From Geosiphon pyriformis uo1 (taxonomy: Eukaryota > Fungi > Glomeromycota): a stretch of DNA of 64,000 bases. Shown in pieces: positions 50,096 to 63,335 of the stretch. The position numbers and the translations under genes were made by a program. The DNA lies in assembly GCA_016748015.1 (NCBI GenBank), contig JAAOMT010000603.1:277008-341007 (forward strand), read 5' to 3'. A model generated the notes under the pieces. It did no database searches, had not been told where the DNA came from, and saw only the letters and a list, made by a program, of their open reading frames with translations. Numbering within the stretch: the first letter of the stretch is position 1; every line of letters starts with the position of its first letter.

Positions 50096-52204
50096 AAGGT
50101 AATAGTAAAATAAGGATTTCACAAATCCTAAGTAATTTTCTCTTGTTTTCTCTTGGTCTGCCACTTTCCTGCATGGTTGTTGCTGGTACTGATTCTCTGT
50201 TAGATTATACCTCACAGGAAGCACCAAATATTACAGGTGATTATTTGGGGTCTCAAATCAAATAACAAACTCATAACTTGGTGTTTAATTAATATAATTG
50301 GTATTGGTATTTCTGAAAGTGTTGTTTTATTTGAAGATTTGGTAAATCTGAAGATTTTGTTGTGGAGTTTTTTGTATAATAGACAGAGATTTAATTGTTG
50401 TCTTCCTTGTAGCCTCCCGGAATTGCAATTTTATCAAATTTTTTTCTTAGTGTGGTGGCCAGTAATCTTGGCAGAGATGCTCTTCTGGTAAGCTATCTTT
50501 AAATTTTCAATTCTGATACCCTTTTTTTGAGGTCTTTTACCAGACTATTCTTGATGTCAATAACTTAGCACTTAACTTTTTAATCAATTTAGTGAATAAC
50601 AAAAGAAAATAAAATAAAATAAAAAAAATAAAAAAAAATAAAAAAAAATAAAAAAATAAAAAAATAAAAAAAATAAAATAAGAAATAAGTATCCTGTCAA
50701 TAACTGTGATTAAGAGCTATTGTGCCAGCAGATTAAGTAGTGGATAATAACATTAATATGAGAGTAATTTCACTTCAAATTATAGTATTCTATCTTTTAA
50801 AGGAAAGATATTTAATAATTATGATCTGTGAGTCTAATTGACTTTGAGAGTCCTACTGACTCTCAGTCTTCTTAATTTTGAGCCTAATTGACTAATTTTC
50901 TAACTTCTGATACTATTGCTATATATACATAATTTGAGTTTTATGAGATTGCTCACATTCTCGAGCAATGTTCTATAATTTCTCAAGCAATGCTCACATT
51001 GCTGAGCAATATGCCATGATTTCTGACATTGTTTCACATTGCTGAGCAATATGCCTGTAATTTTTGACAATATGTTCATTGCTGAACAATGTGCTGTAAT
51101 TCTTTGACAATGCTTCACATTATTGAACAATGTGCTCACATGCTAAATACTATTTTTTTATTGGTCTATTTTCTCTATCTGTTTTTTTCTACTATTTTCT
51201 TGTATTCTTTTTCTATGAGTAACACCACAGACACAAAAACCACTGGAGGAAGAATAACAGATGTGACCACTGGGAACACCAATTCCATAGAACCCAATTT
51301 TTTGTATTTGAATATTAAATATGTTTTTTGTAAAAAATTAAAATCATTTAAAAAACTATTTTGCTTACTTATTTTGATTTTTGAAAAAAAATTTTTAGTA
51401 TTTTTTTGGTTTTTTTTAATATTATAGTCTTTGCTTAATTATGTTAAAAATAATTGGTTTTATGTAAAAATTTTGTTTTTTAAAGATAATATAAAAAAAC
51501 TATAAAAATTTTAAAAATACAAAGTTTATACATGTTAAATTTATTGATTTTATTTTAAAGTGTTATTATTATTTATAAAAAAATTTGTTTAATTATTATA
51601 TATTAAATATAAAAAAACAAGATTTATAAATAACAATATTAATTTATATTATAAAATAAAATATATTGCTAAATATCTATTTAAAGATATTATTTATTTA
51701 TTAAATATTGATAAATATGGTTTATTTGCTTTTAATTATTGTAAAAAATATCTGTTTTTTTAAATATTAATAATAATATATTTGTTATTATAAATATATA
51801 GTATAATTTTAATTGGTCTAAATAATTAATAATATGTAAATAATATATTAATTATATTTATTTTAGAATATTTATTGTTGTATTGTAATAAATAATAGTT
51901 GAATTTTATGTATTAATAATAAAAATAATAATTTAAATTTTATTTAATATTATTTATTTAAAATTTTTTTAATAACTTGTAATAATTACTTAGATATTAT
52001 TAAAAATAATAATTTTTTAAAAAAAAAACAAGTTTTTATTTAACTATTACAATTTTTGAAATCAAATAATTTATTAAATTAATTAATTAAAGTTATATAT
52101 TAAAAGATTCTGTCTTTCACCACAATACTCTTTATTTACATTTTTAATTAAAATTTAATATATTAAGTAATTTAACTATATATTAAAATTAGCTTTGACA
52201 AATA

Positions 52205-52244
<40 letters not shown>

Positions 52245-52524
52245 ATTATTATTTAAATAAAAAATAAATATTATTTATAATTAAATTTAAATTAAGCACT
52301 ATAATTAGTATAGTTATAATAAAATTAATATAAATATTAAAAAAAACTAAGTAATAAAAAAAATAAATTTTAAAATAAAATTAATGTTTTAAAAAAAATT
52401 AAAATAAATAACTTTTTTTAATATTTTAAAAAAGTTAATAGCTTTAAATTAAAAAATTATTAATTTGCTTTTTTGGTTTTTTTATTATTTAAATAGATAT
52501 AAAAAAATTAACATAAAAAATATA

Positions 52525-54768
52525 TTTTTTTTTTATTAAGTTTATCAAGTATGATCTAACTACTACTTAGTACTTTAAAACAAATTAAATATAATTTACA
52601 TACTTTTTACATATAACCAGTTATTCGAACCAGTTTAGGCTATACTACATTGTTACAACAGAAGAAAACTTACTTAAAGCCAACATTTTTTAAATTACAT
52701 TAAATAATCTAATACTATAAAAAATTAATTTAACCAGTTATTTAGCTGTTTTTAAAGAATCAGTTTTAATACTATTGGGCTCATGTGTCTAAAGGAACAT
52801 CAAATTAGAAAATGTATCATTATTAATGCCAATTGAAAAATTTAAATTATTAAACATATTAATATCATCTATATAGTACTTTTTTTTCAACAAAACTACT
52901 TTTTTTTCCAACTTACCAATAATTTTGTTAAAAAAAACCCAGATAAATCATAAGTTCACTAATCTTAAAACTAAAAACACTGCTTAAAACTAAATTACCA
53001 TTAATAAACTATTTAAATATAATAATCAAGAAACCAACAGACTTAACAATTAATCCAACCAATTCAAAAAGTTTGATCAAATTAGATTCCAAAAAAAACA
53101 ACCAAAACAGCACCAAAAAATTACCAATAATAGCTAAAAAAATGGCAGAAGTTATTAAAAGTGGAAATTTAAAAGAGTTCAAAAGAGCAGAAGCTTTGGT
53201 ATAAGACTTAGAATCTATAAAACATAATGTAAATACTTTAAAAGTTTTGAAAGGGAAAGATAAAGACACCTTATAATCCACAACTAGTTAGTTTACTTTT
53301 TGACACCTAAAACAATATTAATAATCAAGAGTTTTTTACCAAATATAATATTTTTTAGCATATCAGTTTTGTTTATAACAGTATATAAATTTACTTAAAA
53401 TCCAAATATAATTAAAGCAAATTAAAAACAATAACCAGAATTAAAAAAGCAAGAAATAAAACATATCTGATTATTAACTTAAAAAATCATATTATTAATT
53501 TCAAAGACAATATAGCCAGAAAAAAATTTGATTAATTTGGCCTTAAATTTATCATAAAATATAATAGTCTTATTTTGATTTACTAAAAAGAAGATCTTAA
53601 TATTATTTTTACTTACCAAAACTGATTAATAATTCAAGATAAATATAACAAAGTCTAGTTTCTTAAAATAAACAACCACATATTTCCAAACATTAGTAGG
53701 CTTTAATATTATATAAACAACTTTATTAATACATTAAGAGCTGTCTTAATGTCAACAACAGACACACTCAAAAGCATATTATGTAGCAAAACAATAGCAG
53801 AAAAAAAACCAGACTCAAAAATTATTACAGACTTGGCAATTTTAAGAGTGGCTAAATAAACAAAGCTTGTAAGCTCAACTAAAAAAGCAGTTTTCAAAGA
53901 CTCTTAAGAAGCAAACTCCATACAAAAGAGCTTTATATTGTTTTTTAATATTGATTTTATATCCAAAAAACTATGCACAGACTGGAAAACAGTTTTAACA
54001 TAAGTCAATTTGATCTTGAAAGTAGTATCAGATACCAGAATAGAGACTATTTACCCAGCAAATTTTTGACAACTAAAAATAGTTTTCTAAGTACCACTAA
54101 TGACAACACCAGAAACTAGCAAAAAAGATAATTCAATTTCTATTTGGTTAATTTAATTCTTAAAAACAGTTAACTCCATAAGAAATAATTGTTTTGCTTC
54201 TAAAATTAATAATAATTTGTTAAAAGACATCATATTTGACAATATAACTAGTAATTAATTTTGGTCTATCTTGAATAATATGCTGGATGATACAATAGAA
54301 ATCTTATCTAAAATTTTATTAGAAACCACAAAAAAATTTGGTGTAACAATAATAGAAATAAGCAACTGTTCTCACTTTTTTAATCTTTGGTTTTTTAATC
54401 ATATTTTTTAAAGAGATAGTGTTAATAACACCAAATATAAAAGCTAAAAAGAAAAAAACCAGCTTGTTGACTGGTTTGTTATTAAAAACTTTTAGGCTTT
54501 TAGTTAAAGTAGAGACAATATTGAAACTAATATATGTGTGTCTTTTTGAAAGAATTTTAATTGATAAAAAACTAGTTAAAAATAAAAAAAATGTTTTAGT
54601 AGTTATTAAAAACAGCTTTTTACAATTACTAGATAAGAGAAAAACTTCTAAAACGTTTTGTTTAGTTGCTTCTATTACAAAAAAAACTTCTCTGGATGAA
54701 ATTTTGTAAAATACCAAAGAAAAAGTATTAGTTATAGCTTTTTTACTCTTTGTTTTAATTATAATCAT
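52525..54768 (-). mobile_element. ORF1-only (HAL1-like) non-LTR retroelement, heavily mutated
   Basis: ORF1-like remnants 54768 to stop 52645 with a decayed knuckle (CFRCQ....L.VDY ~53275-53315) and coiled coil LES.L.KL..LV, followed directly by a ~110-nt tail similar to the LINE tail and poly-A (T run 52525-52534). Confidence 0.65.
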
Positions 54769-54799
54769 AAAATTAAGAAAACAAAGAATTTTAAAAAAT

Positions 54800-57267
54800 A
54801 TTATTATATTAATTTATGATTTATAATTTGATATTATAATTGCTTAATATTATTTGAAGATTTTGGTTTTAAGTTTTTTTTATAAAAAACAAAAAATCAA
54901 TAATTAAATAATTTTTAATATTTAATATTTAACTTTTTTAATATAATAATTAATTTATTCTGGTGTTTTGTATTTTTTCAATAAATATTTAATTTTTAAT
55001 AAGTTAATTTTATATTTATGTTTTGTGTTTTTTATTAAACAACTTTTAATATTATAATCTTAATTTTTTTTAATTAATTAATTCAACAAAAAAATAACAA
55101 CAAAAAAAATAAAAAAAGATAGTATTTTATTAATAATTATATTTAAAAGCTATTAGTCTATATATTAGAGTTTGTAAATTTATGTTTTTAATATTTGTTG
55201 TTTTTTTAAAAATAATATAAACTAAATAAGTAATTTAACAAAAATAAATATAAAGTTTTTTTTTGATTTAAATAATAAATATATTTAATATTTAAGTTGT
55301 AAATTCAGTTTTATATTATTAAATAAATAAATTTTAAATTATAAGTTTTTATTATTATTATTATATAAAATATATTTTTTAATAAAATAATTAATATTAA
55401 AATACTTTTTTTTATTAAAAAAACTTATTATTAAATTTTATATTTTATTTATTTTTAAAACTTAAAATTAATAAATAAATAATTTTAATTTTAAATTTCA
55501 AATATTAAAATCCAAATTTAAACTTTAATTTAGATTTAAATTTAATTATTTAAAAATAACAACTTATAAAACTATAAAAATATACAATATTTTTTTATTA
55601 TGTTTTAATAAAATGTAATTTAATTATTATTCAATATAATATAATATTAAAATATTTTAAATTAAATATAGCTTACATATTTTTTGTATATAATTAATTA
55701 TTTAAATTAATTAAAACCAAACTATATTAAATTTACAAAAAAAACTTATTCAAATTAGTTATTTTATATATAATAATAATTAAATTATTATTATTAAAAA
55801 CTAAATTTGTTAGAAATTTAAAGCTTTTAAAAAATTATTTTTTTATTAAAAATATAACAATATTATATATATTATTATCAAAAAATCATTTATAATATTT
55901 TTTTTAATTATAAAATTTTTTTTATTAATTTTTAAAAAATATAATATTTATTAACTTTATAATTAAAATAATTAAAAAACCAATAGATTTAATAATAAAT
56001 TTAATTAACAATACCAATTTTATTAATTTAAATTTCAAAAAAACCAATTTAGAATTTATAGTAAAATAATAATAACAGAAAAAAAAAATCAAAAAATTAC
56101 AGTTTTTATATAAAATTTTATATCAATAAAACAATTTTTAAAAAATAAATAAAATATTTTATATTTAAAAACCAAATAATCTAAATATTAATATTTAAAA
56201 TAATATTAACAACCAAAAATTTTTACTAAATAATATTTTTTTAAGATATTAATTTTAAAATATTATTATTTAGATTAATTTAAAAACCAAAAGTAATAAT
56301 AATATATTTTAATCATTAAATATAATTAAAAAAACAATAAATAAAATAAATATAATATAAATCTAAAAAATTAACTTATTAATTTTAAAGACAATATAAT
56401 CAGATAAAAAATTTATTAATTTAATTTTAATATATATTTTTTAAAATAATAATTTTTTTTTAATTTTAAGAAAAATTTTTAATACTGTTTTTTAATAAAA
56501 ACTAATTAACAAGTCAATATAATATTTAAAAATACATAAGACTTAAAATATATTATATTATATTATATTATATTATTATTAATTAATAAGTTTTAATTTA
56601 ATACCAAAAATTTTATTAAAATATTATAAAAAATAATAATAACAAAAACAAAACTAAAACCAAATATTATAAAAAATTTTATAATTTTAAATAAGTTTAA
56701 TTTATATAATAATATTTAAAAAAGTTTGAAATACAAATTTTTTACATCAAAAAATTATATAAAGATTAAAATAAAGTTTCAAAATAAATTAATTTAATTT
56801 TTACAGTTTTATTAAACATTAAAATAAAAATGATTTATATAAAAAACTTTTAATAATTTGTAATAATTTTTTAAATATTATTAAAAACAGTATTTTCAAA
56901 AATCAGAAAAAAAGTTTTATAAAAATTGATTAAAAAATCCAAATTTTTTTAAAATAAAAAAAACAAATTTACTTTTATAAAATTATATTAAAAAATTGGC
57001 TAAGTTAATAAGTTAAGTAAAAAAATTTATAAATAAAACAAAAATATTTTAATAAAAAGTTTTTAATTATACAAAAAATAAGTATTGTAAAAAAAATCCA
57101 ATTTTTTTTGGTTAATAATATAATATTCAAATAAATTTGACTGTTTTAATAATTTTTAACAATAAATTTTTTTAACAAATTTTTTTGTATTTTTTGTAAT
57201 TATTTTTGTATTTATTTAATTATAAATTTTTATTTTATTGTAAAAATTTAATTTTTGATTAATAATT

Positions 57268-57310
<43 letters not shown>

Positions 57311-57900
57311 TTTGTTTAAGAATTTTTCAAGTTTAAAACAATAAAAATTTAATTATATTTATAAAAATACAAATTAAATTATTAATAACAATGAAAATTA
57401 TAAATAATTTGGCTAAATAATAATTAAATTAATAATAAATATAATAAAAATTAAAAAAATTATGTTAATTTTAATTCAAATTTTAATTAATAAATTAATT
57501 ACAAATTTTATTAATAATTAAGATATTGAAATTTTTTATAATATAAAAAAATATGTTAAATATTATATTATGTTATAAAATACTTTAATAAATTTAGCAA
57601 ATACATAAATTAAAACAAGATAGTTTTAGTTTAATATTTTAATAAATATTTAAAATTAGTTAAAATTAAAGCAAAATTATTAATATCATATAAAATATAA
57701 AATATAAATGTAAATTTTTTAATAAAAAAATTTGAAAATTAATGTCAAATATTATATAATACTGACCAAGAATTTTGTTTTTAAAAAATAATACAAAAGT
57801 TATTTAAGATTTTTAAAAATTAAAAGTTGGTTATTTTCAAAATTGTAAAATTAATAAGAAAATTTTAATTATTTTTTATAATTGTGTATGATTTTTTTGT
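54800..57900. repeat. Extremely AT-rich decayed repeat region including (AAT)n at ~57270-57308
   Basis: Near-absence of G/C, no ORFs, partial similarity to 31.8-32.0 kb. Confidence 0.6.
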
Positions 57901-59365
57901 TTTATACTTAAGGCTAATTGTAAAAGAGATGATTTTTATGAAATTAAGACATTTTGGCATAAATCGTTTTAGATATTTGTTTTTTATATATAGAAAACAC
58001 ATGAATTAAGTTTATTTTAATGCATATATATGTCTTATAAAAGTAAAGTTAATTAGATTGTTTTTTAAAATATTTTTTAATAATTGATCCAAAATTGAAA
58101 CAAATTATAATTATTTCTAACATGTGAAAAATATTTTATTGGTCAATAATTTTGATTGGTTATCATGTAAAATAAATAAATTATTAGTTAATAACTTAAT
58201 TGGTTATTATATGAATAATATTCTATCGATTATTATACGAATTAATGGTTTACATTTTCTAAATTAGAAATGGTTGACTTGTAATTTGTAGTTTTGAAAA
58301 AAGATTATCCAAAGATAAAAGTAAATTTATAAGAAAGATTATACAAAAAATTTTGCATAAGCTGTTGTTTGGCCATTTTTTTCTTGCTTTAATGTTCACT
58401 AGAAAGTAAAATGAAATTTGGCCTATTTAAATACGTTTCTGTTTTTGAACATTCCTCAAAATTGGTGTACTAATTGCTAAGTTTTTCATGTATTCAAGTG
58501 ATTTTAAATATTTGTCAATTGTGTAATATAAAATGTTTATTTCTTCTGTATCTATTTTCTTGTGACAACTATCAACACCTTTTTTTTTAACATTTTATTG
58601 TACAGTTAATAGTAGATAGCTTAGCTTGGTAAGTTTATTTAATTTGATACCAAATGTTCACTCTCATTTCCAAAAGTAAATTAACTATAGTTTGCTATGT
58701 TCTTTAACTGATAGGTTCATTTCTATTTTAAATTATATACAAAGCTGCATTCTTTATCATAGAAAAAAAAACAATTTGTGTTTATTTATAGTTCATTTAA
58801 TGATATCAATACGGAATAGTTATGTTTTTTATGAATCGACTTGCTTTATTTTTATATTTCAACGAGTGCCATATTATTTATTTTTTAACTATATTTGATT
58901 TAAGTTATATGAATTGTTTATTATTTGATCCTAAGTAAGATTTAGTTAATTAATAATTGTTATTTTATCAATTTCTCCACCCACAGAAAGTTCGAATATT
59001 TTTATCCTTTAGTAAATTGAGCGTGGAGTAGATCTAAATGTTTATATTAATAGCTATATTTACAATTTTTAGCTGGGTGGTTGATTCAATCTACTTGATT
59101 TAGGCTAATTTTCATAAAATCTAATCCGGGTCTTGATAACTTCAAAAGGCAATATCAAAGAATTAATATTTTTAGATTTAATAGCAATCCTTAAAGTAAT
59201 TTTTTCTTTTAAAAAATAGTTAGCATGATATAAATGTAATCTTAACTATATTTGATTTTAAGTTTTCCGATGATAGAATATTTAAGAATAAAATTAAGGG
59301 TAAAACTAAAAAACTAATCTATTCAAAAAAATTATTCTGCAAAGAAAAATAACTTTTTTCAAACA

Positions 59366-62300
59366 ATGAAGCAGTTTTTATTCGTCGTTTATTTTAATCA
59401 TTACCTCTTGATTATTTCAATATTTTTATCTTCTTTTATTTTAGTTATTAAGAGTTCATCAATTAATGAAACAGTATACCTAATTGATTCAAAGGAGCTG
59501 GAGTCAGTTAAAAAAATATCCTATTTCCAGCCAGATGGAACGACCATAATAAGATGTTCTCGTTATTACTACGATTATTACGCATACTTTAAGCTTACAC
59601 CTAACGGCCAATTGTTTCGAAACGAAGAAAAAGATTATGGAGACCAAGATTAATATAACTAAAATTTATCCTCTTAACTCTAATTATCTTTTGGTAGAAT
59701 ATGGAAATCAAGGCAAAATATTCTTATGGAACGGAACATTAGTTCAAAGGTTTCTATTAAATAACTCTTTGAAATAAAATCTGCTTAATTTTAAAAATAA
59801 AAAATAATATTGATAATGCATAACGCTTTACCTAGTGATATAGAATTAGATAAAGGGAACAAGTCAATAAAAAGTAATATTCAAAAGGACAAATTTCTTA
59901 TTTTGAAAAAAAAAGATAATATAACAGAAATCGAGTGGACTATTTATAATATTCCGTAAGTTAGTAAATTTAATAAATTTGAAAATATTCAATATATAAA
60001 TCCCAATAATTTTCAACATTCAATTTATATCTAGGACTGAATCCAATCAAAATATCAAACCAATTTTTATTACTAAAAAGCTTGAATTAAAAGGAAATTT
60101 AACATCGTATCCACCCCCTTTTGCCACAACTGAAGGAGGCTTTGGATATGCATATATTGTTAATAATTCTCCTATTATTGGTTCTCCCAGTATAAACATA
60201 ACAAGCTATTCAGTATATGTCACATTTTGGGAGCCAGAAACAACTGATTTTAGTCCTCATTTTCTACTCGATCAATATGACGCAAATGATTTGTCGATCG
60301 AACTATGTGATGTTCAAATAGATGATTTGGGTTATTATTGTATACTGATGATAACTACAATGGAATCTGTACATGGAGAAATCCGTGGATTTAGGATATC
60401 ATTTCTTAAAAGTGGAGCAGTGTTAAAATATGACACGATTTATAAATCTGGGCCAGATGGGGAATTTTCATGGGAAAATCCACTGCCTTATGGGGGAAAA
60501 ATTACTGAAACCAAGAAATCGTTTAATCCTTACCAATTTACTTTAAGTGACCAATTTACTTTAAGTGACCAATTTGGAAAACAGAAGGATTCATGGAACG
60601 CTTCCTCCAATGGTTCCGCCTATGTTGGGTGGGCTATCTTACCAAACAATACTTTCTTAAGTGCTAAATTAGGAGAGAACAATATTACAATATATTCCAA
60701 GAATTTACCACATTTTTTAAAAAACGGTAAGATTGAATGGTGATATTTTTATAGTTTCATAATTTTTATTAATTTTTTTATTTGAATAGACACTGGATAT
60801 GAAAATCCTTTGATCGAAATTACTTACCCTCTTCGTAATACGATAATTCCGTTGGGGTTGGGCGACATAAGTATCACTTATTCTAATGAAATCTCATTAT
60901 CCAACAACAATATTTCTATTTATCAAATCAATGAGACTATACCAATTCTACGACAAACTATCTCTGGAAAGAATTGTCGTGTGGGTTCGGATAAGAAAAC
61001 TATCATAGCAGAAACAGTATTAGAAAGTACATTTAATCAACCGGATAAAGATTATTTTATAGTCGTCCATAATAATTTTGTAAAAGATGCAAAGTATAAG
61101 GAAGCCATTAGAGGAATCCGTAGATATATTTGGCAATTAAAAACAAGTAAATGTTACATTTTTTATTTTTTTGCTTTCTAGGAGATTCATTTTAAATTTT
61201 AATTATTCATTCATTCATTCATTCATTCGTTCATTCGTTCGTTCGTTCGTTCGTTCGTTCGTTCGTTGGTTCGTTGGTTCATTCGCTCGTTTGTTTAGAA
61301 CGACGAGAAAGTATTCATGCAGGTAAGAAGGTTTATTGCTTATTTTCTTTTAAAAATATTGAATATTGTTGTCTAACTAAAATACATAATGTTTATTAAT
61401 TTAAGCTACCCTGACTGGACTTTTGCGTCTGAATACAAATGGAACCTCGAATTTCACCGAAAGTAGAAACAGCAGTGGATTTTTCGAGACACTTGAAGAT
61501 CAATTGGCTTTAACCATTCCAGTTGAAAGACATCGTNNNNNNNNNNNNNNNNNNNNNNNNNNNNNNNNNNNNNNNNNNNNNNNNNNNNNNNNNNNNNNNN
61601 NNNNNNNNNNNNNNNNNNNNNNNNNNNNNNNNNNNNNNNNNNNNNNNNNNNNNNNNNNNNNNNNNNNNNNNNNNNNNNNNNNNNNNNNNNNNNNNNNNNN
61701 NNNNNNNNNNNNNNNNNNNNNNNNNNNNNNNNNNNNNNNNNNNNNNNNNNNNNNNNNNNNNNNNNNNNNNNNNNNNNNNNNNNNNNNNNNNNNNNNNNNN
61801 NNNNNNNNNNNNNNNNNNNNNNNNNNNNNNNNNNNNNNNNNNNNNNNNNNNNNNNNNNNNNNNNNNNNNNNNNNNNNNNNNNNNNNNNNNNNNNNNNNNN
61901 NNNNNNNNNNNNNNNNNNNNNNNNNNNNNNNNNNNNNNNNNNNNNNNNNNNNNNNNNNNNNNNNNNNNNNNNNNNNNNNNNNNNNNNNNNNNNNNNNNNN
62001 NNNNNNNNNNNNNNNNNNNNNNNNNNNNNNNNNNNNNNNNNNNNNNNNNNNNNNNNNNNNNNNNNNNNNNNNNNNNNNNNNNNNNNNNNNNNNNNNNNNN
62101 NNNNNNNNNNNNNNNNNNNNNNNNNNNNNNNNNNNNNNNNNNNNNNNNNNNNNNNNNNNNNNNNNNNNNNNNNNNNNNNNNNNNNNNNNNNNNNNNNNNN
62201 NNNNNNNNNNNNNNNNNNNNNNNNNNNNNNNNNNNNNNNNNNNNNNNNNNNNNNNNNGCTCTAAATCTCCTCTATTCGAAATATGCCAACTTTGATATTT

Positions 62301-62615
62301 TTAATGCCCCAATATCTAACAGAGTTGATAATTTAATCTTCTGGGGTAGTGGTGTTAATATTTTCATTGAAGATGTTCCACAATTTATAATTCAGGTATT
62401 TTTAACTAAATGAAAATTTTCAATGCTTGATTAAATTAAATATCTTATATAATTATTTTCAAATAGGTTTTTTATCATCGAAACGCCTTCGCATACAATA
62501 TTATTCCACTAATAAGTCTTACTATGAGTTCAATAATTTTGAGCATGAATTTAATTTGTCGAATTTATGGTGTCTTTATTTGGTTACGTGTTCAAAAAAA
62601 ATGGTTACCGGTTAA
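59366..62615 (+). CDS. Large secreted/membrane protein (signal peptide, Ig/Big-like domain, C-terminal TM region) of a Glomeromycotina-type family; spans an assembly gap, may be a pseudogene
   Basis: Hydrophobic N-terminus; ITYP...I.I.YS..ISLS.NNISIYQ...LRQTISG...STFNQP...Y...V.NNFVKD...GI...W; C-terminal F.AP.S.....IF.G...NIFIEDVPQFIIQ; apparent frameshift/stop near 59653. Confidence 0.65.
61206..61285. repeat. Compound (ATTC)n(GTTC)n intronic microsatellite
   Basis: Direct reading. Confidence 0.9.
61537..62257. other. Assembly gap (N run)
   Basis: Run of n. Confidence 1.
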
Positions 62616-63189
62616 ACCCCAGGAGATGTATGAATTAAATTTTGTATAAATAGAATTCTAACCTTAAATTTAAATATTATTTTTATTAACTTGTAATTTT
62701 TCATGCTTTCTAGATATTTATTTTTATTAAAATTGAATAGATGAATTAATTCAATGCAAAGATTAAGATAAAAAAAAAAGTTACTGATCAATGAATATAA
62801 TAATTTTACAATATTATTTTATTAATTTATCTCAATTTTTAATAATATTGTTACTTTGCAAAAAAAAATTTTCAATAAATTTATAAAAGTTTTTTATTAT
62901 TTATTCAAAAAATATTATCATTAATTAATTATTTGTATTCTAATTTTTGAACAATTTTCATATTTAAATTTTACAAATCTATATCTGAATAATTACATAT
63001 TAAGTTAATAAATTTATATAACCAAATTTGTATAAATTATTTTAAAATTAAAATACTAATTTATTATTTTTAAATATAAGTTTTAAATAACAAAAAAATT
63101 TACAAAAAATTTAACAAACTATTTTTTAACCAAAAAAAAATTACAAATTTATTTTTATTTTTATTTTTGTTGTTTTATATTTACTGTAA

Positions 63190-63335
63190 AATACTTTTTT
63201 ATAATACTTTTTTATAAATACTTTTTTATAAATACTCTTTTTTATATAATATATTCTTTTTTATAAATACTCTTTTATAAATACTTTTTTATAAATGCTT
63301 TTTTATAAATACTCTTTTATAAATACTTTTTTATA
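63190..63335. repeat. Short tandem repeat (TTTTTATAAATAC-like, 13-15 bp units)
   Basis: Direct reading, about 9 imperfect units. Confidence 0.75.

Larger units (their letters stand above)
47319..51224 (-). mobile_element. Non-autonomous LTR retroelement (3.9 kb; LARD-like deletion derivative) inserted in LINE ORF1
   Basis: LTRs 47319-48277 and 50229-51224, TSD CCAC on both sides, PBS TGGTGCTTCCTGTGAG (~50211-50226), PPT AAAGGAGGAAA (~48281-48291); no RT or IN. Confidence 0.92.
32512..51400 (-). mobile_element. Non-LTR retrotransposon (LINE; ORF1 + ORF2 APE-RT-RNaseH-CCHC), degenerate, split by two LTR insertions (pieces 32512-33244, 42979-47318, 51225-~51400)
   Basis: Poly-A tail (T run 32512-32524); CLYCG..E..DH (33155-33200); RNase H VYMDGS and KIKGHSG..GNE; RT GKAAG..GI, AFVDN(D), YLG; APE ATCNVR, SETKL, DTDHQAV; ORF1 coiled-coil 47076-47318; 5' end decays. 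Confidence 0.88.

Noticed and set aside
52610-52640. tRNA/SINE B-box (GGTTCGAAT on minus strand)
   Set aside because: No cloverleaf or properly spaced A-box; the homologous LINE tail reads GGCCCAAGT
61423-62413. Two ~290-aa ORFs in the track
   Set aside because: Artefacts of translating the N gap
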